Below, in pieces: positions 25,387 through 33,125 of a stretch of 42,757 nt of DNA; the first letter of the stretch is position 1, and each line of letters opens with the position of its first letter. The translations under genes and the position numbers were made by a program. The notes below the pieces were generated by a model. That model did not search any database, had not been told where the DNA came from, and saw nothing but the letters and a program-made list of their open reading frames with translations. Origin of the DNA: an uncultured Clostridia bacterium (GTDB lineage Bacteria > Acidobacteriota > Aminicenantia > UBA2199); NCBI GenBank assembly GCA_964583345.1, contig CAZOWT010000002.1, positions 1-42,757 on the forward strand, given 5' to 3'.

Positions 25387-26367
25387 TCACCGGGAAGTCG
25401 CCGGGGGGTGGTCCGAAACATCCCCATTATATCCAATGGGAACAAAAACGTCCAGAACAGCGGGCCGGACCGATACCCGGCATCGCCTCACATTCCGGAA
25501 TATTTCCCCGTCCAGCTGAAAGTCCATGCCCGAACCGGACTCCAGAATAAACCAGCCGGACCGGTTCAATCTTAACTCTTTACGGCCGAGGTGGGCGTTT
25601 CTCCGGACGGCCCGCTGGAGCCTCAGGGTTTGAATAAACGATTCGGTTCGAACGACTACCCCATCCAGCATTCCGTCAAAAGCGCTTGCCGCCGGACTCA
25701 GATTTAGTCCGTTGGCGAAGTAACCGGTGTTGAGCAAAACCATTAAAGAGAAAGAAACTTCCCTCTCTCCGGTATCATCGGTGAGCTTCAGCGACATGGG
25801 AACCTGATTCCGGGAAAAGGCCCGGGAGATACCCAAACCGCCGGCCAATCCCTGGCCGATGGCATCGAATCCAGACAAAAACCGGTGGTTCCGGGAAAAC
25901 TCTGCCAGATAATGGTTCACCGCCGTCCCCAGCCCCAGGCTCATGCTCCCCAGAAAACCCAATGCTTCCTTTAACTCATCCGATTCCACCAGGCCCACAT
26001 CCATTTTTTTAACCTGCCGGTTCTTGATGGCCTGGCACAGGGTCTGAACCCGTTCGATGCCCAGGCCCCGGCAAATGTCATTGGCCGATCCGGTGCCGAT
26101 CATACCCATAACCGGTCGGTCCGGGGACAGGGCTTTTAAAATCCGCCCGGCAACGATATTAAAGGTGGTATCCCCTCCAACCGCCACAATGGTCTTGAAT
26201 TGTTTTATTGAATGGTCGGCCAATTCCCTGAGATGTTTTTCAGAAGAGGAGATAAACAGGTCAAAAGCAAGGCCATAGGATTCAAATATCCGTTCGATAT
26301 TTTTTCGTCTTCGCTTTGACCGGCCCCGACCGGAAGAGGGGTTCAGCAGGATGGCGACTTTTTCCAC
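25387..26367 (-). CDS. Diacylglycerol kinase-family lipid kinase (YegS/BmrU-like, 326 aa)
   Basis: GTG start. The N-terminus MEKVAILLNPSSGRGRS fits the family N-terminal pattern. The GGDGT-type motif appears as VAVGGDTTFN, followed by GTGSANDICRGLG. Confidence 0.85.
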   Translation of the reverse strand: MEKVAILLNPSSGRGRSKRRRKNIERIFESYGLAFDLFISSSEKHLRELADHSIKQFKTIVAVGGDTTFNIVAGRILKALSPDRPVMGMIGTGSANDICRGLGIERVQTLCQAIKNRQVKKMDVGLVESDELKEALGFLGSMSLGLGTAVNHYLAEFSRNHRFLSGFDAIGQGLAGGLGISRAFSRNQVPMSLKLTDDTGEREVSFSLMVLLNTGYFANGLNLSPAASAFDGMLDGVVVRTESFIQTLRLQRAVRRNAHLGRKELRLNRSGWFILESGSGMDFQLDGEIFRNVRRCRVSVRPAVLDVFVPIGYNGDVSDHPPATSR

Positions 26368-26442
26368 CCCAAAATTATATCAGAATTAATCATGAATTGA
26401 AATTTATAGGCAAGCAAATATTTTTCTCAAATCACGGCCATG

Positions 26443-29097
26443 TCAGAGCTGGAACCGGTAGGTAAACTTGATCATGAACACGTTGGACCCGGAAGCGGAA
26501 ACCATGTCTCCCAGATCCCGGCCAAAGCGGAACTCCCCGGGATTGGCATCATCCTCCCGGTTCTGGGTCCAGACCAGATACAGAATGGATCCCGGCCGGA
26601 ATTCCCAGCGCAGCACAGCGGTTCCCCGTAGCGACTTGTAATTGAAATCCGGATCGGAAATATAAAATGCTTCGGCCGGCCCGGGGCCGTCCGGATCGAT
26701 CCGGTACTCCGCCTTGGCCGGATCATAAACTATAGTGGAATCTCCCTGGCCATACATATTGAAATCAAACGTTTCCGGACGGGCCAGTTCCTTGAGGCCG
26801 GAATAAATCCCGTTGGCAATAAACGGCTGCAGGTATACCTGGAGGCTGAGCCTGGGGTTGAAGGTCCAGTTAAGCCGGATTTCAGCATAGAGGGTTTTCT
26901 GGTTCAAGGTGGCAAAAATATGGCGGGTACCATAGGTTTCGGCCATCAGGCTGTCCTCGATGTTGTCCACCCACTGGGCCACGGTATTGTCATAAGCCAC
27001 TCCCGGCCCCAGGGAAATAGAAAAATTGCTGCTGGATTTCACGGTCAGGGTCAGGCCGGCTGACCAGGATGTGGATCCGGAGGTACTATCATAATAGGTC
27101 CCGTTGAGCGACGCCTTCACCGCCTTGCGGTTGTCGGTCCAGAAATTGAATCGGGTAAAAACAAAACCGGGATTGAGCATCAGCGGCCCGCCCCGGGTGA
27201 GGTTGTCGGACAGGGCATCCGCATACAAAGCCCCCAGCACTTCCCCGCCCCAGTAATTTTTTAAATCACCGCCCAGCAGCAGGTAATAGGCTTCGCCGGT
27301 TTTGATGCCGCCGAAATCATAATTGCGGTGGGTGGCGGTGATCACATAGGCGTCGCGAAAAATTTTGCCGGGCTTGAGCCATCGGTATCCCAGCCCGACA
27401 TGGCCGTTAATAATATCACCCCGCCACTGGAATCCCAGATCCGTGGAATCGAACCCCGGGGAAATGGCCCCTACCGCTGCATTGACCATCAGGTTTCCCT
27501 TTTGCTTGTTCAGGGTAAAGCGGGCGGCCCAGCCGCTCAGGGAGGTGGCTTCGGGATCCAGTTCCAGGTATTCGGCATCCGGGCGCTGAAAATAATGCAG
27601 GGCTGATTCCTGCAGCTCGCTGATGGCTTCCTGGCTCCCGGATACCATGGTTCCCCCCAGCCAGCCGGTTACCACCCAGACCTTTTCCTTGTCCAAAAAG
27701 GTCCAGCCGTCAACAGCCAGTGCAAAAGCGTTTTTATTCAAAACCGAAGCCAGGTTTTCATCATCGAGTTGCCGGATCACCGAGGTGGCGATCATGCCCA
27801 GCCCCTGTCTCCCTTCGTTGTATTCCTTCTGGGTTCTGAGGACACCGTAATAGGAAAATGGCTCGACTTCCTCTCTGGATTGCGCGCCTCCCAGGTCAAT
27901 ATCCGCATATTCCCGAGCGGTCAGGGCATTCAGGAATCCCATCTTCCAGCCCTTCCCAATTTCCCCGCTCAACTTGGCTGCCGCCAGGATGGTGGTCCAG
28001 TCCTGGGAATCGGCATAATCATAGTCCAGGTAATCAAGCCCCTGGGGAGAACGGCCGATGCGCCGGCTGTAAAAAAAACTGGGATTGCCCCAGTCAAATG
28101 TCCAGAAATCCCGGGAGCCTCCGTACCCGAAATTGAAGATACTCGACCCTTCTATGAAAAAGGGCCTTTTTTCATCATAATACGTTTCATAGGCGCTCAG
28201 GTTGATTACGGCCGGATCCACCTCCACCTGGCCGAAATCCGGGTTGACGGTGGCATCCAGGATCAGGTTGCTCTTCAGGCCCACCTTGAAGTCGATACCG
28301 GCATTGGCCAGATAATGATTGCCGGAATCAAAGGGATCATCCTCGTCAACCGGACTGAAACCGGCCTGGCCGGCCATAAAAGGCAGCATTTCGATATGGC
28401 GGCCGGGATTGATATCTTTGATGCCCTCCAACCTGGCAAACCGGGACACATACCCGCTGTCCTCTTTTTTAACCAGGGCATACCACAGGTGTTCATTCTT
28501 TCTTTTAATAATGCGGTGGAAATTGATTCCCCAGACATATTCATCTTTTTTTCGGAATCGCAGCTGATTGAAGGGAATCCGGATTTCCACGGCCCATCCT
28601 CTGTCATCAATCCGGGCCGCGCTTTCCCACACACCATCCCAGGTGGCATCATCCCATTCATCATTGTACAGGCTCAGGTCGGCAATCGAGCCGGCCGGGG
28701 TAATGGAAAACCGGTATCCACTCCTCTTGTCGAAATAGGGATCAAGCGCCACCGAGAACCAGTCGGAATCCACATTTTCATCCCGCCGTCCCAGCAAGCC
28801 GATGATTTTGTCCGGTTCAGAATCTTCCATCCGGGCGGCCACATAAAGGCATTTCTCATCATAGGCCACCCAAACCGTGGTTTTTTCGGTCGGGGGTTTG
28901 CCCTGTCGGGGATCCCGCTGCAGAAAATCCGAATAGCCCCGGGTCTGCCATATTTTTTCATCCAGGTTGCCGTCAATCCTGACCGGTTCCTCGAGCCGGA
29001 TGGCTTTCACCACCTTACTGGATCCATTTTCAGCACCCAGGCCCTGGGCCAGGCCGAGCAACAAAACCAGCATGTGAACCAAAATCCAAAATTTCAT
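26443..29097 (-). CDS. DUF5916 / carbohydrate-binding-family-9-like outer-membrane protein (884 aa)
   Basis: Signal peptide is MKFWILVHMLVLLLGLAQGLGA. The N-terminal segment IRLEEPVRIDGNLDEKIWQ...VWVAYDEKCLYVAARMED is the CBM9-like module typical of DUF5916 proteins. A long beta-rich C-terminal region follows. Confidence 0.78.
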   Translation of the reverse strand: MKFWILVHMLVLLLGLAQGLGAENGSSKVVKAIRLEEPVRIDGNLDEKIWQTRGYSDFLQRDPRQGKPPTEKTTVWVAYDEKCLYVAARMEDSEPDKIIGLLGRRDENVDSDWFSVALDPYFDKRSGYRFSITPAGSIADLSLYNDEWDDATWDGVWESAARIDDRGWAVEIRIPFNQLRFRKKDEYVWGINFHRIIKRKNEHLWYALVKKEDSGYVSRFARLEGIKDINPGRHIEMLPFMAGQAGFSPVDEDDPFDSGNHYLANAGIDFKVGLKSNLILDATVNPDFGQVEVDPAVINLSAYETYYDEKRPFFIEGSSIFNFGYGGSRDFWTFDWGNPSFFYSRRIGRSPQGLDYLDYDYADSQDWTTILAAAKLSGEIGKGWKMGFLNALTAREYADIDLGGAQSREEVEPFSYYGVLRTQKEYNEGRQGLGMIATSVIRQLDDENLASVLNKNAFALAVDGWTFLDKEKVWVVTGWLGGTMVSGSQEAISELQESALHYFQRPDAEYLELDPEATSLSGWAARFTLNKQKGNLMVNAAVGAISPGFDSTDLGFQWRGDIINGHVGLGYRWLKPGKIFRDAYVITATHRNYDFGGIKTGEAYYLLLGGDLKNYWGGEVLGALYADALSDNLTRGGPLMLNPGFVFTRFNFWTDNRKAVKASLNGTYYDSTSGSTSWSAGLTLTVKSSSNFSISLGPGVAYDNTVAQWVDNIEDSLMAETYGTRHIFATLNQKTLYAEIRLNWTFNPRLSLQVYLQPFIANGIYSGLKELARPETFDFNMYGQGDSTIVYDPAKAEYRIDPDGPGPAEAFYISDPDFNYKSLRGTAVLRWEFRPGSILYLVWTQNREDDANPGEFRFGRDLGDMVSASGSNVFMIKFTYRFQL

Positions 29098-29204
29098 TCT
29101 CTATATCCTCTTTAAAATATAAAACCCGATTACCAATACTCCATGTAACGGAATAAAAGAAAAAAGGTTTAAAAAGATTTTTTAAAATGAGGCCTTTCTG
29201 GTTT

Positions 29205-29233
29205 TTGAAAAAAAAGCGGTTTTCGATTATAAT
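29205..29233 (+). promoter_or_regulatory. sigma70-type promoter of the response-regulator gene
   Basis: TTGAAA (29205-29210), a 17-nt spacer, then TATAAT (29228-29233). The -10 ends only 9 nt before the ATG at 29243. Confidence 0.5.
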
Positions 29234-29242
29234 ACCCTGAAG

Positions 29243-30607
29243 ATGGAAAAAATACTGGTGGTCGAGGATAACCGCGCCATGCGGGAAATGCTCAAGGAAA
29301 TTATCGGCGAAAAGGGATACGCGGTTCAGGCGGCAGCCGACGTGGAGGCTGCTTTTCTGATGCTGAAAAAAGAATCCTTCTCGGTCATCCTGTCCGATCT
29401 TCAGCTTCCGGATATGGACGGTTTCACCTTTTTTAAAAAGATCAAGTCACTCAACATCCCCTTTATTATCCTGACCGCCTTCGGATCGATCGAGCAGGCG
29501 GTTGAGGCCATGAAAGAAGGGGCATTTGATTTTATCGCCAAACCGGTTGATCCGGAATACCTGGTGCTCATCATCGAAAAAGCCCTGGAATCCACTCGCA
29601 TCCTCCGAGAAAATATTATCTTCAAGGAGACCTATGCCTCTACCATCGGAGATCCCAGAATCATCGGGAAAAGCCCCAAGATTCTGAAAGAAGCCGAAAA
29701 ATTGAAGCAGGTGGCAGTGACCGATATGCCGGTTTTGCTCCTGGGGGAAAGCGGGACCGGAAAGGAGCTTTTCGCCCGGGCCATTCACCACCTGAGCGCC
29801 AGGAAAAGCAAGCCTTTCCTGGCCATCAATTCGGCTTCCATACCGGAAAACCTGCTCGAAAACGAACTGTTCGGACACGAAAAGGGATCCTACACCGACG
29901 CCCATATGCGCCAGACCGGAAAGCTTGAACTCACCCGGGGCGGATCATTTTTTCTGGATGAAATCGGTGACCTGCCCTTCAACCTGCAGGGCAAGATACT
30001 CCGGGTAATAGAAGACAGAAAGGTGAATCGCATCGGAAGCTCAAGGGAAATCGACCTGGACGTGCGTTTTATATTTGCCACCAACAAAAATATCGAACAG
30101 GAGCTCGCCAATTCCCGTTTCCGCCAGGACCTGTATTTCCGGATCAGTGTTTTTCCCATCACCCTGCCTCCGTTGCGGGAACGGGAGGACGATATTCTGC
30201 TGCTGGCCAACTATTTCATTAAAAAATTTTCCATCGAATTGAATAAAAAAGACCTACGGCTTACGCCGCCGGCGGAACGGAAACTGCTGGCATACGACTG
30301 GCCGGGAAACGTCCGCGAACTCCAGAATACCATAGAACGGGCCATGATTATCGCCCGGTCAAGGGACATCAGCGAAAATGAGATCATCCTTCCGGAAAAA
30401 TCATTCCAACTGGTCGACGAACTGAATTTTTCGGGCAGCCTGAAGCAGGTCACATCGCGGGCCATAAGAACTGTGGAAAAACTGAAAATCGAAAAAATCC
30501 TCAAAGAGGTTGGGTTCAATAAAACCAGGGCGGCGAAGAAACTGCAGATCAGCTACAAAACCCTGCTTGACAAAATCAAGGAATATGACATCATCTCCCG
30601 GGATTAA
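29243..30607 (+). CDS. NtrC-family (sigma54-type) enhancer-binding response regulator: REC + AAA+ + Fis-type HTH (454 aa)
   Basis: REC domain (ILVVEDN...VILSDLQLPDMDG...KP). AAA+ domain with Walker A GESGTGKE, Walker B FFLDEIGDL and the GAFTGA position reading GSYTDA. C-terminal HTH: NKTRAAKKLQISYKTLLDKIKEY. Confidence 0.9.
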   Translation: MEKILVVEDNRAMREMLKEIIGEKGYAVQAAADVEAAFLMLKKESFSVILSDLQLPDMDGFTFFKKIKSLNIPFIILTAFGSIEQAVEAMKEGAFDFIAKPVDPEYLVLIIEKALESTRILRENIIFKETYASTIGDPRIIGKSPKILKEAEKLKQVAVTDMPVLLLGESGTGKELFARAIHHLSARKSKPFLAINSASIPENLLENELFGHEKGSYTDAHMRQTGKLELTRGGSFFLDEIGDLPFNLQGKILRVIEDRKVNRIGSSREIDLDVRFIFATNKNIEQELANSRFRQDLYFRISVFPITLPPLREREDDILLLANYFIKKFSIELNKKDLRLTPPAERKLLAYDWPGNVRELQNTIERAMIIARSRDISENEIILPEKSFQLVDELNFSGSLKQVTSRAIRTVEKLKIEKILKEVGFNKTRAAKKLQISYKTLLDKIKEYDIISRD

Positions 30608-31256
30608 GGCCGTTCTCATAAAAAAAACGGCTCGGCTCATCATCAATTCCATCATTATGACCTGCCGTATCCGGGTGCGGGGGGAAGAAAACATCAGATC
30701 GTTAAAGGAAAAAAACGTCCCTATAATTTACACCTTCTGGCACCGCCATATTTTTTTTACCATCTTCCGTTTCAGGAAAACCGGGGCCAGGCCCTTAATT
30801 TCCCGGTCCGCCGACGGCGAAATCGTTTCCCAGGTGGCCGAGGAATTCGGGATGCGGCCGGTGCGGGGCTCATCATCAAGCGGGGGCGCCCGGGCCTTCC
30901 TGAAACTGGTGGAATCCATCAAGACCGAAAAATCCGATATCCTGATTACTGCCGACGGCCCCAAAGGACCACTTCGTCAATTAAAGGACGGCACCATCCT
31001 GCTGGCTCAAAAAACCGGGTCAATGATCGTGCCCATCTGCTGGTACGCCAGCCGGGTGAAAATTTTGAAAAAAACCTGGGATCAGTTCATCATACCCCTG
31101 CCCTTCAGTGAAATTACCTTCTCCTACGGCCAACCGTTCCAGGTGCCGGGAAAAGAAGGAAACCGGAAATCCGCGGCCAAAATGCAGGACCTGAAACAAG
31201 AGCTTCAGAAGCGTATGAATCAGTTGGAACGGGAAACCGAGGATATCTACCAATAA
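30585..31256 (+). CDS. DUF374 domain protein (lysophospholipid acyltransferase-like, ~223 aa)
   Basis: FWHRHIFF...SRSADGEIVSQVAEEFGMRPVRGSSSSGG...ITADGPKGP is the DUF374 pattern. I prefer the ATG at 30585 (MTSSPGIKAVLIKK...), which overlaps the regulator gene by 23 nt. The track start at 30510 adds an implausible Arg-rich extension. Confidence 0.78.
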   Translation: MTSSPGIKAVLIKKTARLIINSIIMTCRIRVRGEENIRSLKEKNVPIIYTFWHRHIFFTIFRFRKTGARPLISRSADGEIVSQVAEEFGMRPVRGSSSSGGARAFLKLVESIKTEKSDILITADGPKGPLRQLKDGTILLAQKTGSMIVPICWYASRVKILKKTWDQFIIPLPFSEITFSYGQPFQVPGKEGNRKSAAKMQDLKQELQKRMNQLERETEDIYQ

Positions 31257-31278
31257 AATCCGCCGGCACCAACATCAA

Positions 31279-31620
31279 TCAGCAGGTCAGGTGCAGGGCG
31301 GCGATGACCTTCTTTTTGCCGGCCAGCCTGTTATAAATGGAAACCGCTTGTCTGGTCCGGAGATCATAGAGCTCGATACTCCGGCCTGAAATCTGCTTTT
31401 TGAGATCTTCCGGCACCGCCATGACTCCATAGTATCCGGTACCCACCACCAGCACCTCGGGTTTGGCTTCAAGGATCCGGACCAGGTCCTCGATCTGCAG
31501 CAGATGACCTTTCTTCCTCCACCAGCTGCTGTTTACGCGGTCTGGGAAAACGATCACATCGGACCGGTAGGTTTTCCCGGCAATGACAATCTCCCCGAAC
31601 TGATAGAAATCGATTCTCAT
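31279..31620 (-). CDS. Mth938-like domain protein (DUF498; ~113 aa)
   Basis: MRIDFYQFGEIVIAGKTYRSDVIVFPDRV..WWRKKGHLLQIEDL...VLVVGTGYYGVMAVPEDL...AALHLTC closely follows the Mth938 family pattern. The longest ORF extends to a GTG at 31671 that abuts a REP element, so I prefer the ATG at 31620. Confidence 0.8.
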   Translation of the reverse strand: MRIDFYQFGEIVIAGKTYRSDVIVFPDRVNSSWWRKKGHLLQIEDLVRILEAKPEVLVVGTGYYGVMAVPEDLKKQISGRSIELYDLRTRQAVSIYNRLAGKKKVIAALHLTC

Positions 31621-31673
31621 GTTCCCCGGATTAATTATATTCAGATATTCGGAAAATTCAACGGGAACCACCT

Positions 31674-31705
31674 AAGACCCGTTGGGGCGGCATATATGCC
31701 GCCCC
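31674..31705 (+). repeat. REP element 1 (forward)
   Basis: AAGACCCGTTG followed by the perfect 22-nt palindrome GGGGCGGCATATATGCCGCCCC (31684-31705). Confidence 0.75.
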
Positions 31706-31729
31706 ATCTATCTCGTTCTTTTTGTATTA

Positions 31730-31760
31730 GGGACCCATATATATGTCCCCTACGGGTCTT
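31730..31760 (-). repeat. REP element 2 (reverse orientation)
   Basis: The imperfect palindrome GGGACCCATATATATGTCCC is followed by CTACGGGTCTT, the reverse complement of AAGACCCGTAG. It forms an inverted pair with REP1. Confidence 0.7.
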
Positions 31761-31766
31761 TAAATA

Positions 31767-32366
31767 TTATGGAATTATTTTTTGGGGATTTTCATCATCC
31801 CATAACCAGTTCATGGGATTGTTATGAATATATTCCCTTATATTATCCAATTCCTTTCGGTTAAAGATCACCCGGTCAAAAAAAGACCGCTGCCATTGAA
31901 ACAGTATTTCTTCCTGTATTCGGTTGATTACCCGGGTAACCGCCGCCTTGAATTGTTGAATTACCCGGGATAAAAACGGGAAATCCGGGCATATAGTTGT
32001 GTTCCTGATGGGTTTGATGAAATCGGGGCACATATATGTGCCCCCTATGGGTCTTAATGAATTCACGACGGGTTTTAATGAATTCACGGACATTTCAATT
32101 TTTTTGGGATTTACTATTTTTAATATTCCATGGATATGATTGGGCATGATAACCCAGCTGTCAATTTTTATGCCCGAAAAATGCAAGGGTATCTCCTGCC
32201 AGTACCGGTTGGCAATTTCACCACCTATACTCAAAACCATTTTTTTATTTTGAATCAATCCGAAAAATTCTTCCTTGTTTTTAGTGCAGGTGGTGACAAA
32301 ATAATATCCCCGGTATGAATAATTGAACTGTTTTAGCCGATTCGGTTTTCGTTGTTTCATAATCAT
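31767..32366 (-). CDS. rayT: REP-associated tyrosine transposase (RayT, IS200/IS605-like Y1 HUH enzyme, ~199 aa)
   Basis: HUH motif in VIMPNHIHGIL. The C-terminal helix WQRSFFDRVI...IREYIHNNPMNW carries the YxxxN/Q-type catalytic Tyr. I prefer the start at ATG 32366 (MIMKQRKPNRLK), because the track start at 32480 lies inside REP4 and merely translates REP sequence. Confidence 0.8.
   Translation of the reverse strand: MIMKQRKPNRLKQFNYSYRGYYFVTTCTKNKEEFFGLIQNKKMVLSIGGEIANRYWQEIPLHFSGIKIDSWVIMPNHIHGILKIVNPKKIEMSVNSLKPVVNSLRPIGGTYMCPDFIKPIRNTTICPDFPFLSRVIQQFKAAVTRVINRIQEEILFQWQRSFFDRVIFNRKELDNIREYIHNNPMNWLWDDENPQKIIP
32025..32055 (-). repeat. REP element 3 (reverse orientation), inside the rayT coding sequence
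   Basis: The perfect 20-nt palindrome GGGGCACATATATGTGCCCC is followed by CTATGGGTCTT. It is read in frame as ...RPIGGTYMCP.... Confidence 0.7.
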
Positions 32367-32460
32367 AAATGTAAAAGTTTTGCATAAATGGTAATTTTTA
32401 TCAAACCAAAGTTTCAAAACCAAAAATCTATTGCGTAATTTTAAGACCCGTCGGTACTGA

Positions 32461-32491
32461 AAGACCCGTAGGGGCGGCATAAATGCCGCCC
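32461..32491 (+). repeat. REP element 4 (forward)
   Basis: AAGACCCGTAG followed by GGGCGGCAT-AA-ATGCCGCCC. It is preceded at 32443-32454 by an orphan flank copy, AAGACCCGTCGG, without a hairpin. Confidence 0.72.
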
Positions 32492-32522
32492 ATTTATATG
32501 ATAATTATCGAATTTTAAAAAC

Positions 32523-32554
32523 AAGACCCGTAGGGACAGCATATATGCTGTCCC
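32523..32554 (+). repeat. REP element 5 (forward)
   Basis: AAGACCCGTA followed by the perfect 22-nt palindrome GGGACAGCATATATGCTGTCCC (32533-32554). Confidence 0.75.
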
Positions 32555-32612
32555 AATATATGCCGGCCACCCAATCATTCGGTTATCATCAACATGCCGG
32601 GACGCATGGTTC

Positions 32613-32643
32613 GGGACGCATTTATGCGTCCCCTACGGGTCTT
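32613..32643 (-). repeat. REP element 6 (reverse orientation)
   Basis: GGGACGCAT-TT-ATGCGTCCC is followed by CTACGGGTCTT. A partial duplicate of the left arm (GGGACGCATGG) sits just upstream at about 32599-32609. Confidence 0.72.
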
Positions 32644-32797
32644 TCGCTTTCCCCGGCAGATCCCGGGTAATCGATGGATATGAAAGGTTCAACAGATCTC
32701 AAAACAAAAAAAGAATTTTTTTAATTCAAAATACCCTTGATTTTTTTTCAGGGGTATGAAAATATAATGAACTGGGAGATATGAAAAAGGAGAGAAC

Positions 32798-33043
32798 ATG
32801 AGCAAAAGCAAAAGCATCACCGTAACCAACAATGTCCGGTATTGCCTGAAAATCCTGAAAAAAGCCGTGGAGGCCCTGCCGCCCGGGGACCAGAAAAAAG
32901 AAGCCAGCGATGCCATTAAATATTTAATGGAGTGCGCTGAAGGTAAAATCCAGATTCGCCGGGGGTCCGACTGCAATTCGAAACGGGTGATCCCTCCGTA
33001 TTTGCTGGAAAAAACGAACAAGTATTACAAACCCAAAGCATAA
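32798..33043 (+). CDS. Hypothetical 81-aa protein; candidate substrate/precursor of the downstream radical SAM enzyme
   Basis: Strong SD AAAGGAGAGAAC-ATG. The translation is MSKSKSITVTNNVRYCLKILKKAVEALPPGDQKKEASDAIKYLMECAEGKIQIRRGSDCNSKRVIPPYLLEKTNKYYKPKA. It has three Cys and a Lys/Tyr-rich tail, and I recognise no family. Codon usage looks like that of neighbouring genes. Confidence 0.6.
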   Translation: MSKSKSITVTNNVRYCLKILKKAVEALPPGDQKKEASDAIKYLMECAEGKIQIRRGSDCNSKRVIPPYLLEKTNKYYKPKA

Positions 33044-33125
33044 AGTCTATCCTCGTCATTTCACACATCAAACAAGTCGTTTTCATCGGTTTACAAAATT
33101 CGTGATTTTTTTTTGCGGTTGACCC

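Larger units (their letters stand above)
31674..32643. mobile_element. REPtron: rayT (REP-associated tyrosine transposase) with flanking and internal REP palindromes
   Basis: Six copies of a unit AAGACCCGTAG + 20-22-nt GC-arm/ATATAT-centre palindrome occur in both orientations around and inside the rayT ORF. See the individual repeat features. Confidence 0.75.

Noticed and set aside
27769-29115. 448-aa plus-strand ORF
   Set aside because: It is antisense to the DUF5916 outer-membrane gene, which has a clear signal peptide and family motifs. The antisense product is low-complexity (Gly/Pro/Ile-rich) with no recognisable motif or SD.
30510-30584. Longer start for the DUF374 gene
   Set aside because: It would overlap the regulator gene by 98 nt and add an Arg-rich non-homologous extension. 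The ATG at 30585 gives the N-terminal hydrophobic helix typical of the family.
32367-32480. N-terminal 38-aa extension of the RayT ORF in the track (MPPLRVFQYRRVLKL...)
   Set aside because: Its start codon lies inside REP4, and the extension simply translates REP and AT-rich spacer sequence. The family-typical N-terminus begins at MIMKQRKPNRLK (32366).
31674-32643. The repeated palindromes could be mistaken for a small CRISPR array
   Set aside because: The units occur in both orientations with irregular spacing (24 to more than 250 nt). The stem sequence varies between copies, one copy sits inside a CDS, and no cas genes are present. The layout fits REP/BIME elements around rayT instead.
32674-32724. 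16-codon mini-ORF MDMKGSTDLKTKKEFF upstream of the 81-aa ORF, considered as an alternative RiPP precursor
   Set aside because: It has no Shine-Dalgarno, no Cys or other obvious modifiable core, and lies in AT-rich sequence where such ORFs arise by chance. It is only worth revisiting if it proves conserved.
32689-33021. 110-aa minus-strand ORF opposite the 81-aa ORF
   Set aside because: It has a TTG start and no SD, and its product is hydrophobic and low-complexity. The plus-strand 81-aa ORF has a strong SD and sits in operon position before the rSAM gene. I cannot fully exclude it without conservation data.
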